51,584 nucleotides of DNA from Caldilineales bacterium (lineage in GTDB: Bacteria > Chloroflexota > Anaerolineae > Caldilineales > Caldilineaceae), in NCBI GenBank assembly GCA_038225095.1, contig JBBREZ010000001.1, positions 1 to 51,584 on the forward strand, given 5' to 3'. This document shows, in pieces, positions 15,843 through 25,755 of the stretch; position 1 is the stretch's first letter; each line of letters starts with the position of its first letter. Both the position numbers and the translations under genes were made by a program. The notes under the pieces were generated by a model, which searched no databases, had not been told where the DNA came from, and saw nothing but the letters and a program-made list of their open reading frames with translations.

Positions 15843-16682
15843 ATGACTGAAAAACGTACTTTAGGGGAACGCCTCGCCAATCGATTTTTTGCGCTGCCGG
15901 CTGTGGCTCAGTTGTGGGCGAAACGTGCGGCCCAGCGAACAGATGGGATGGTTGAACTTGCTAGCGACATTCCATTTGCGCCGCTCCGTAAGCCGTTGGC
16001 GCAATGTCGCGTGGCGTTGCTGACCACGGCGGGGATTCATCTGCGCAACCAGCCGCCTTATAATATGGAAAATCCCGATGGCGATCCGACCTACCGGGAA
16101 ATTCCGACCAATATAGATAGCGCCCAGATCACGATCACGCACAAATATTATGACCATACCGACGCTGACGCCGATTTGAATGTGGTCTTTCCGCTGCTAC
16201 ATTTCCGTGATCTGGTCAACAAGCATGTGATTGGCAGCTTAGCGCCTCGGCATTTTGGTTTTATGGGCCACATTGATCACGCGTTGATCAATGTGCTGAA
16301 CAGCCGGACCGCCCCCGAAGTGGCGGCGAAATTGCGTGCGGATCAGGTCGATTGCGCCTTTCTTACGCCCGCTTGAGGCCAGTGTAATCGGTCCGTGGGA
16401 CTGATCGCACGCAGGCTTGAGGCGGCCGGCATACCAACGGTGATCATTTCGCTGGCTAAAGCTTTAACGGCGAGTGTAGGTGTACCCCGCGCAGTTTTTG
16501 TCCGCTGGCCGCTTGGTCATCCATTGGGTGAACGGCATCAATTCGCCCAGCAACGCACGGTGATCTTCGCAGCTCTCCGGTTGTTGCTAGACGCTAAGAC
16601 GCCTGGCATCATTGCCGAGCCAGGCTATCGCTGGAAACGCGAAACGTATACCGAGCCAGATTGGACGCAATTGAAGACTTGA
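15843..16682 (+). CDS. GrdB-like (glycine/sarcosine/betaine/proline reductase 'selenoprotein B' family) protein with in-frame UGA at 16374-16376; candidate selenoprotein (~279 aa)
   Basis: ORF-track entries 15729..16376 and 16395..16682 are in the same frame and are separated only by a TGA and 6 sense codons. Read-through gives ..QVDCAFLTPA-U-GQCNRSVGLIARRLEAAGIPTVIISLAKA.. . The N-terminal half (ITITHKYYDHTDADADLNVVFPLLHFRDLVNKHVIGSLAP) also fits the GRDB family. The likely start is the ATG at 15843 (MTEKRTLGERL..). Confidence 0.7.
16382..16410 (+). promoter_or_regulatory. Candidate bacterial SECIS hairpin
   Basis: gtgtaatcggtcc-gtg-ggactgatcgcac forms 12 pairs (two G-U) plus one internal mismatch. 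It starts 6 nt after the UGA, and its G/U-containing apical loop lies about 20 nt from the UGA. Confidence 0.5.
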
Positions 16683-16786
16683 GGGCAGTCCTTCTTTGGT
16701 GGGACGCAGATTTAAAGCAAAGTAAAGGGCAAATCTGCTGCCTTTTGCTCAAATTCAGCATTGCTGGACAGAAAGACAATCAATTA

Positions 16787-17143
16787 ATGAGACGAACAGA
16801 ACGACCGCTTGAAAAACCACCGCTTCTGTGGACAGGTGTATTGTTCGCATTGGCAGCTAACCTATTATTGGTTACAGTGGCAGATAGCGGTGCAGAACAA
16901 TGGCAACTTGGTGGCAGGTTTGAAATGCTCGCCGTGATGATCGGCGCGCTGTTGGCGGGTAGTTTTACCGCGTTTTACGTGCGGCAACGGGGCGGCATCC
17001 ATGCGTTCATCGGCGGCATGATCAGCATACCAATCCTAGGCTTGTTCATCCTCGCCGGCGTGTGGCAGATCGCCATTTTCGCCGGCGCGTTTTGTACACT
17101 AGGCGGGGCGCTGACCGAGTTATGGCTGCGCAGAAGGCAATGA
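16787..17143 (+). CDS. Small integral membrane protein (118 aa, 4 predicted helices)
   Basis: MRRTERPLEKPPLLWTGVLFALAANLLLVTV... and a Gly-rich hydrophobic C-terminal half. I chose the ATG at 16787 because the ORF-track start at 16661 overlaps the upstream gene. Confidence 0.6.
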   Translation: MRRTERPLEKPPLLWTGVLFALAANLLLVTVADSGAEQWQLGGRFEMLAVMIGALLAGSFTAFYVRQRGGIHAFIGGMISIPILGLFILAGVWQIAIFAGAFCTLGGALTELWLRRRQ

Positions 17144-17164
17144 GCGAAACGCCAGAACAATTAT

Positions 17165-17315
17165 CCCACCCCCACCCCTCCCGTTCGGCTGAGCGTTCGA
17201 CCGAGCTCACGCCGAGGTCTCACGTCGAAGCCTAGGAAGGGAGGGAGCTGTTACAGGACAGAACAAGTCACTTCGGCTATCCCTGATCGATTCTATCCCT
17301 TCCTAGGGGGGCGGG
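17165..17315. repeat. Composite intergenic repeat with a 12-bp inverted repeat cctaggaaggga / tcccttcctagg
   Basis: The arms are at 17231-17242 and 17296-17307. They are preceded by cccacccctccc...ggctgagcgttcgaccgagctcacgccgagg, a C/G-word segment similar in style to 49008-49111. Confidence 0.75.
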
Positions 17316-17532
17316 AGTCCAATGGGTGCGAGTGGGGTTAATGTGCCATCCTTACTCTGCAAAATCGGGCGTAACTTCCATGCCCGCGCTTTTGGGCAGG
17401 GGCCACCTATCCCTTTGCTTAGTAGATAGAAGCCGTAACGTATGCTATATTAATGAGCAGCGACGGGCGGCGACCCCAGTCGCTTTTGCGCATTAGCTGT
17501 CGTCCGGCCGTAGTTTAACTGGAGTATCATTC

Positions 17533-19512
17533 ATGTTTCATCATAGTTGGTGGAGTTATATTGCTTACGATAGCTCCAAAGGCAAACCACAGTTTACGTG
17601 GCACATGGCGCGCCGCATCTTTACTTATGGCCGTCCTCATTGGAAATCAATTGGCATTGTCTTGCTCACCATTATCGCTATCTCGCTGCTGGGCTTGATC
17701 CCGCCGTTGCTTTATCGAGATTTGATCGATAATGTGCTGCCACATCGTAATTTCAGTCGCCTCAATTGGGTAGCGCTGGGCATGGTCGGCATCCCTGTGC
17801 TCAGCGGGTTTATCAGCATCATCCAACGCTATTACAGCGCCAGAGCGGGGGAAGGTCTGATCTTTGATTTGCGGCAGCAGATGTACGAACATTTACAACG
17901 CATGTCGCTACGTTTTTTCACGCATACTAAATCTGGCGAGATCGTCTCGCGTTTTAATAATGATGTGGTGGGGGCGCAGAATGCTGTTACGGGGACTATT
18001 CCCAACCTGGTCACCAATCTGGTCACGCTCATTTCTACGCTAATTGTCATGATCTCGATTGAATGGCGGTTGGCCGTTTTGGCGGTGATCGTGCTGCCCT
18101 TCTTTCTGCTGCCGGCCCGGCGCGTGGCCCTCACATTGCGTACGATCCGGCGGACGGCGATGGAGCAGAACGCCGAAATGAGCAATATTATCAGTGAGAC
18201 GCTGACGATTAACGGGGCGCTTTTGGTCAAGACATTTGGGCGCTGGCGGCGCGAGTTAGGTCGTTTTGGCGCGTCCAATGGCGCCGTGCGCGACAGTGGC
18301 ATCCAACGCGCGCAGGTGGGTCAATGGTTTTTTATGGGCATGGAAATTGCGGGTACGATTGGCACCGCCTTGATCTATTGGGTGGGCGGTCAACTGGTCT
18401 TACGCGGCGACATCAGCACCGGTACGATTGTCGCCTTCGCGGCCTATCTCTTCCGGCTCTACGGCCCCATTTCGGCGCTCACCAATGTACACATTGATTT
18501 TGCGACTTCGTTGGTTAGCTTTGAGCGGGTCTTTGAATACCTGGATAAAGTGGTCGAAATTCAAGACCGACCCGCAGCAAAACAGTTGAACACGGTGGCT
18601 GGCGCGGTACGCTTTGAACATGTTTGGTTTACCTATGGCGGGAGAGAGTTTGCCAATCCCAACGGCGACCAAGCGCTTGGGACAACGAACAGTATTACGC
18701 ACAATGGCGCGACCGACCAGCAGGCAAACCTAGCCGAGCCCGGTGTAACCCCGCAAGCAGCCCTTCGCGATGTCTCCTTCACGATTGAGCCCGGCCAGTT
18801 GGTGGCGTTGGTTGGCCCAAGCGGTGCGGGTAAAACAACGATTACCTACATGCTGCCGCGCCTATACGACCCGACGGAAGGGCGCATTACCTTGGACGGC
18901 CACGATCTGCGCGACGTCACGATGGAATCGCTTGCCCAACAAATTGGCATGGTGACGCAGGAAAGTTATCTCTTCCACGATACGATCTTGGCGAATTTAC
19001 TGTACGCCAAATTGGATGCGACCCAGGCCGAAGTGGAAGCTGCCTGTCGTGCAGCCAATATTCACAATATGATTGCAAGTCTACCCGAAGGCTATCACAC
19101 GTTAGTGGGTGAACGCGGCTACCGGTTAAGTGGTGGGGAAAAACAACGACTAGCCATTGCACGGGTCATTCTCAAAAATCCGCGCGTGCTCGTGCTAGAC
19201 GAAGCCACATCACACCTGGATTCACAGAGCGAAGCCCTGATCCAGGCGGCCTTAGAGCCATTGTTTAAGGAGCGCACCAGCCTTGTTATCGCCCATCGGC
19301 TTTCGACAATTTTGGCTGCCGACAAGATTTTGGTGCTTGACCACGGCCAATTGGTAGAACAAGGCACCCATCCAGAATTGCTCGCCAAAGGTGGGCTGTA
19401 TGCGCATCTGTATGAGACGCAGTTTAATCCAGGCGCTGAACCGCCAATGGTTAACAGTGAGCCACTGGATGAGCGTTCGCTGACCACTGTTCACTCAATG
19501 TCATTAAGTTAA
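17533..19512 (+). CDS. ABC exporter, fused permease + ATPase (MsbA/ABCB-like)
   Basis: Six TM helices at the N-terminus, Walker A GPSGAGKTT, signature LSGGEKQR, Walker B LVLDEATS, H-loop AHRL. SD ggag lies 8 nt upstream of the ATG. Confidence 0.9.
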   Translation: MFHHSWWSYIAYDSSKGKPQFTWHMARRIFTYGRPHWKSIGIVLLTIIAISLLGLIPPLLYRDLIDNVLPHRNFSRLNWVALGMVGIPVLSGFISIIQRYYSARAGEGLIFDLRQQMYEHLQRMSLRFFTHTKSGEIVSRFNNDVVGAQNAVTGTIPNLVTNLVTLISTLIVMISIEWRLAVLAVIVLPFFLLPARRVALTLRTIRRTAMEQNAEMSNIISETLTINGALLVKTFGRWRRELGRFGASNGAVRDSGIQRAQVGQWFFMGMEIAGTIGTALIYWVGGQLVLRGDISTGTIVAFAAYLFRLYGPISALTNVHIDFATSLVSFERVFEYLDKVVEIQDRPAAKQLNTVAGAVRFEHVWFTYGGREFANPNGDQALGTTNSITHNGATDQQANLAEPGVTPQAALRDVSFTIEPGQLVALVGPSGAGKTTITYMLPRLYDPTEGRITLDGHDLRDVTMESLAQQIGMVTQESYLFHDTILANLLYAKLDATQAEVEAACRAANIHNMIASLPEGYHTLVGERGYRLSGGEKQRLAIARVILKNPRVLVLDEATSHLDSQSEALIQAALEPLFKERTSLVIAHRLSTILAADKILVLDHGQLVEQGTHPELLAKGGLYAHLYETQFNPGAEPPMVNSEPLDERSLTTVHSMSLS

Positions 19513-19570
19513 GATTAGGAGATGGAGAGATTAGGACCGAGCAATCTCCTAATCTCTCCATCTCCTAATC
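19513..19570. repeat. Perfect hairpin with 24-bp arms made of ggagatta-type words, immediately after the ABC exporter stop (terminator-like)
   Basis: gattaggagatggagagattagga (19513-19536) and tcctaatctctccatctcctaatc (19547-19570) are exact complements with a 10-nt loop. More words follow, then gtttta. Confidence 0.9.
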
Positions 19571-19607
19571 TCTCATCTCCTAATCTCTGTTTTATAATTA
19601 ACTGATG

Positions 19608-19671
19608 TGACGCAGACGCTCGTCCGTACAGCCACGAACTAGCGTGGCCCTACCACTGGTGGACTGCGTAA
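19608..19671. repeat. Second copy (inverted orientation) of the 64-nt element seen at 6389-6452
   Basis: tgacgcagacgctcgtccgtacagccacga-actag-cgtggccctacc..ctgcgtaa matches the reverse complement of 6389-6452 over most of its length. Both copies are flanked by gtcaYgttacgcag / ctgcgtaacatgac-type inverted termini. Confidence 0.85.
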
Positions 19672-19716
19672 CATGACTAATTAACTTAATGACATTGACC
19701 GCTCACTGACCCCTGT

Positions 19717-20133
19717 TCACTTTTTGCCCACTTCCACCGCGCCACCCTGCACATGCCACTGCGTGATGCCGCCATCAAGGCTGCGGGCGGTGTAGCCATT
19801 TTCGAGCAGATAATGGGCCACGCCATACGAGCGGCTGCCGTGGGCGCAAAAGACGACAAGCGGCGTCGCTTTGGAAAGTTCGGCCAAACGCGCTGGGATC
19901 TCGTTCATCGGAATATGCAGCGCGCCAGGAATTCTCACCTGGTTCCACTCATATACTTCACGGACATCAAGCAGCAAAGGTGGCTGGTCGCCCGTTAATT
20001 CGGCTTGAAGTGTGCTCACTGCTACGGTAGGCACAACCGGCTCTGCTAGCTCCGGCTCAGGCGGTGGTGCGGGACGGAGCGGCGCTGGCACTGGTTTTGA
20101 AAATAAGGTTTTCAATGATTTAAACAGATTCAT
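19717..20133 (-). CDS. Rhodanese-domain protein (single domain, Pro-rich N-terminal extension)
   Basis: LLLDVREVYEWNQVRIPGALHIP...VVFCAHGSRSYGVAHYL..GY..ARSLDGGI..W contains the active-site loop C-x-x-G-x-R. Confidence 0.85.
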   Translation of the reverse strand: MNLFKSLKTLFSKPVPAPLRPAPPPEPELAEPVVPTVAVSTLQAELTGDQPPLLLDVREVYEWNQVRIPGALHIPMNEIPARLAELSKATPLVVFCAHGSRSYGVAHYLLENGYTARSLDGGITQWHVQGGAVEVGKK

Positions 20134-20464
20134 AACAGATTATTTTTTCCTTTAGCGCACGGCTACCGAGTTGCATACGCACCAAATTGGCCAACTTTTG
20201 TTAATTTTGCCTGGTCGATCCTTGGTAATTTCAAACGTTAACAATCTACTAGCCCAAAAGTATACCAGAGCACTAGGCAAAGCGATGATTGTTCTGGTAT
20301 ACTTCTGTATAAAAATAATTTCCGGCAATCAAAAATCGATAAGCCAATAATTCACAGCACAGCTTTGGTGCGCATTAGCAAACAGAATGGTTGAGTACGC
20401 GAATAAGCGAATTTTATCCACATGAATTCGCTTACTTTGTGTACTATTTTCAGAGGAGGTTGGC

Positions 20465-22285
<1,821 letters not shown>

Positions 22286-22359
22286 GCCGTATGGATGAGC
22301 TATCCCCAGGTAAGTGAGCTTGTAGTCTAGTAACAGGCCAGATTCACTATAAATGAAAA

Positions 22360-22422
22360 GGGAGAGAATTCTAGACAGTGTTGGCTTAGATGACACTGTC
22401 TAGAATTTGCTCCCTTTCTTTG
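22360..22422. terminator. Long hairpin between convergent ftsH and histidine kinase genes (bidirectional terminator candidate)
   Basis: gggagagaattctagacagtg pairs with cactgtctagaatttgctccc (14 perfect inner bp) and is followed by tttctttg on the plus strand. Confidence 0.7.
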
Positions 22423-22446
22423 TAGTTCATGTGCGCTTTTGCGCTA

Positions 22447-25400
22447 TTAATTGGTCTCGATCACTTTTGCTTTCACCTTTAGATGTTCTGCCAGGCGCTG
22501 CATGACGGCTTCCATCGTATAGGGTTTCTGCAAAAAGGTTATGGTCGGTTGATTCAGGACATGGTCGTCAATTGCATATTCGCTGTAGCCGGAGCTCAGG
22601 ATGACATGGATGTGCGGGTCGATCCGCTTCAATTCACGTAAAGCGTCCAGGCCATTCATCACTGGCATATGTACGTCCAGCAAAACAATCGAAATCTCAG
22701 GCTGGTGCTGTTTGAAAAGTTCGATCCCTTCTAATCCATTCGTCGCCTTTAAGATGTAGAGTCCGGCCATTTCTAGGATTTCCCCAAACGAATCGCGCAC
22801 AGACTCCTCATCATCGATCAGCAATACCGTTCCTTCCAACTTTTCGATAATAATATCTGCATTAGCGCTAACAATGCTCTGCGCCATCGCGGTTGCGGGC
22901 AAGAACACTCTAAATGTGCTGCCAACGTTAAGCTGACTTTCGACCTGTAGGCCGCCCTTGTGCGCGCGAATAATCCCCAACGTGGCCGACAGACCCAACC
23001 CGCGGCCCTGGCCCTTAGTGCTGAAAAAAGGATCAAAGATACGGTCGATCACTTTTCTGTCCATACCGGCGCCGTTGTCACTGACGGCCAGGCAAACATA
23101 ATCTCCCGGTGCGAGTTGGTCTACCCCAATATAGTGACCGTTAGCATTTACGCTGTCCGTCAGCATCCGCATCTGTGATTGAACCATCACCTGCCCAGAC
23201 GTATCACCAACGGCTTCGGCAGCGTTCATAATCAGATTCATAACCACTTGTTGAATTTGACCAATATCGGCTTCGATCGGTGGTAAATCTGAACTCAAAT
23301 CAAAAACAAGTTGCACCTGTTTGGGCACAACCGTTTCCAGCAAGCTCACATTGTCACGAATTAAATCGTTGATATCAACGCGTGACACCTGAAAATTGCC
23401 TTTGCCCGCATAGGCCAACAATTGTCGGGTTAAATCGGCGGCACGCGTGGCCGAGGTGATCGCCTTTTCTATATGCCGGTAGGCTGGATTTTCGCTGGGC
23501 AACTTAGCCTTGGCCAACGAAATCTGACCCAACATACCAGCCAAGAAATTATTAAAATCGTGAGCAATACCACCGGCCAAAACGCCCAGGCTTTCTAATT
23601 TCTGTGAACCGCGTAATGCTTCTTCAGCGTCTTTGCGCTCGGTAATATCACGCACAACGGCGGTGACTTCGCCGGTTTCTAATAACACAAGCGAGATTTC
23701 TTGCTGAAATGGACGACCATTCTGACGCCGGCCAGTGGTTTCGCCGCGCCATTTTCCCATGCGTACTAATTCTGGGATCAAAGTTTGTTTGAATTGTTGA
23801 ATTTCAGCCTTTTGATATAAAGCACGCCATTTTTTGCCAAGTAGTGCTTGCGGGTGTGGATAGCCATAGAGGCCGGCAAAAGCATCATTCACATAAATAA
23901 ATGCACCCCGATGGTCGAGCATAGCAATGCCGTCGAGCGATGATTCCATCGCGGTCAGATGACGGCGAATGGTCGCTTCAGCTTGTTTGCGCTCGGCCAG
24001 TTCCGCTTGGGCGCGGTGGTTAGATTGCTGCAAATTTTCAAACAAGATCGCATTTTGAATAAAGATTGCGGCCGTGTTAGCCAGCAAAGTTAAGAATTCC
24101 AGATCAATTGGCAAAAAGCGCCGTAATATTTTACTGCGCACCTGCAATACACCCACAATTTCGCCGCGCGCCGCCATAGGTACATATGCCACGGCTTTGT
24201 TACCTACATTCCGCGTCAATTTACTTTCAGCGGGATCGTCACTGACATTAAGGGTAAGCGCCGATGGGCGGGCAAGTGCAGACCGATGCTGGAAGTTCAG
24301 ATCGCTTAGGGCGCCGCCCCATGTGGACAGTTGGGTGACATCGACCGGCTGGTCATCCTGAATGGCATAGACGATTTTTAGGTCGTTTTCTTCTGCATCG
24401 TAAAGTTCAATAAACAAATCGGAGATTTCCGGCAAAACGGCACGCGTGGTCTGACCAATTTGTCCATAGATCTTGGCTAGATCAAGCGTTTCAGCAATAA
24501 ATTGGCCTAGATGATTAATCTCGGCCAATTGTTCGGCGCGGTTGCGGGTTTCGGCATGCAGTTGGATCCGCTGTAAGGCATTGGCCACCATACTGCCGAT
24601 GGCCGCTAAAATTTGCAGGTCGGGCGGCATGATCGGCTGTTGGCTGCCTAACCATAAGGCGCCAATCTGCAATTCGCTCCCTTCTAATAAAACGCAGGCA
24701 ATCGCGCTCACCTGATTCAAGTGAGCAGCAAAGGGAAAATCCAGGTCTTTGTCAATCGCGTTGTTCACATAGACGGTGCTGTTGCCGGTTATCAATTTTT
24801 CCCAGGCCGGAAATTTGGTCAATCTCCCCCCCACCCAGGCCTGCCAGACGCCATGCGAAAATTCGACGATCTGTTGATTGTTGCTCCCCGTGAAGCGAGA
24901 AAGCGCAGAGGCGCTGCCACCCAAAAGTTCAATCGTTTTATCCAAGATGATGGGCACGATCTCGTTGTAGGTAGCTGCTTTGCGCATGGCGCTCGCCATG
25001 GCCAGAACGGCAACTTGCTCGCGTTCATGGGCACGCCGTTCACTAATTTCATGCTGCAAACTACGGGTGGTTTCGGCTTGCACCGCTTCGTTCTGATGCA
25101 GCCGTGTGATCGCTTGACGCAGGCTATCCATGGCCAGATAGCTTATACTAGCGGCAATTGTCAAACCGCCGCCATACGCCGCCAACCGGAAATAGTCACT
25201 CGGGGTGGCATGAAGCACGGGCAAAAGCTGGTTATGTTGGGTATATTGCAAAATGATCCCAACCACAATCGCAAAACCAGCATTGATAAAAGCAGCACGC
25301 CGTCCTAGCAGGATGCCAGCGTGCAACACGGCAAGATATAATAATCCATAACCAATACTATGAATGCCATTATCGAGATAAACGGCCTCGTAGATAAAAA

Positions 25401-25755
25401 TAAATAAGACAGCACAGTTCAACACTTGATTCGCCAAACGAACCAGCCCACGCCGCACCAAAATAAAAGCGACCACTAATAAGAAGCCGAGCCACACGCA
25501 TACCTTAAACAATAAAGGCGATAAGGGGGAGGCAGCGTCGAAAAATGTGACGATACAAAGCAACAGGATGACCGTAAAACTAACTGGAATCATCACATGT
25601 GACAAGCGCGCTAGACGCGTTTTTTCTGAATCGGCAAAGACTGGCGGACTCATTTGGCGTCTGCTCCACGCCGACAGCCTGGCCGCTTGCTTAGACTGAG
25701 ACAAAGCTTTCGCTCGGCTAATTAAGCCTTCAATTTTCGTCACTCTGTTCTCCAA
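22447..25755 (-). CDS. Hybrid sensor histidine kinase: multi-TM N-terminus, GAF-like regions, PAS, HisKA, HATPase_c, C-terminal receiver domain
   Basis: The H-box is GGIAHDFNNFL. N/G boxes are MNLIMNAAEA, DNGAGMD and GRGLGLS. The receiver region has LLIDDEES...VLLDVHMP...SGY. The start is uncertain: TTG 25755, GTG 25743 (SD ggag 6 nt upstream) or ATG 25653. Confidence 0.9.
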   Translation of the reverse strand: MENRVTKIEGLISRAKALSQSKQAARLSAWSRRQMSPPVFADSEKTRLARLSHVMIPVSFTVILLLCIVTFFDAASPLSPLLFKVCVWLGFLLVVAFILVRRGLVRLANQVLNCAVLFIFIYEAVYLDNGIHSIGYGLLYLAVLHAGILLGRRAAFINAGFAIVVGIILQYTQHNQLLPVLHATPSDYFRLAAYGGGLTIAASISYLAMDSLRQAITRLHQNEAVQAETTRSLQHEISERRAHEREQVAVLAMASAMRKAATYNEIVPIILDKTIELLGGSASALSRFTGSNNQQIVEFSHGVWQAWVGGRLTKFPAWEKLITGNSTVYVNNAIDKDLDFPFAAHLNQVSAIACVLLEGSELQIGALWLGSQQPIMPPDLQILAAIGSMVANALQRIQLHAETRNRAEQLAEINHLGQFIAETLDLAKIYGQIGQTTRAVLPEISDLFIELYDAEENDLKIVYAIQDDQPVDVTQLSTWGGALSDLNFQHRSALARPSALTLNVSDDPAESKLTRNVGNKAVAYVPMAARGEIVGVLQVRSKILRRFLPIDLEFLTLLANTAAIFIQNAILFENLQQSNHRAQAELAERKQAEATIRRHLTAMESSLDGIAMLDHRGAFIYVNDAFAGLYGYPHPQALLGKKWRALYQKAEIQQFKQTLIPELVRMGKWRGETTGRRQNGRPFQQEISLVLLETGEVTAVVRDITERKDAEEALRGSQKLESLGVLAGGIAHDFNNFLAGMLGQISLAKAKLPSENPAYRHIEKAITSATRAADLTRQLLAYAGKGNFQVSRVDINDLIRDNVSLLETVVPKQVQLVFDLSSDLPPIEADIGQIQQVVMNLIMNAAEAVGDTSGQVMVQSQMRMLTDSVNANGHYIGVDQLAPGDYVCLAVSDNGAGMDRKVIDRIFDPFFSTKGQGRGLGLSATLGIIRAHKGGLQVESQLNVGSTFRVFLPATAMAQSIVSANADIIIEKLEGTVLLIDDEESVRDSFGEILEMAGLYILKATNGLEGIELFKQHQPEISIVLLDVHMPVMNGLDALRELKRIDPHIHVILSSGYSEYAIDDHVLNQPTITFLQKPYTMEAVMQRLAEHLKVKAKVIETN

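Noticed and set aside
25730-25755. A 26-nt overlap between the ftsK 3' end and the histidine kinase 5' end could be an unusual overlapping-gene arrangement.
   Set aside because: The overlap depends on a TTG start. A GTG at 25743 with a good SD, or the ATG at 25653, shortens or removes it, so this is probably a start-codon call issue.
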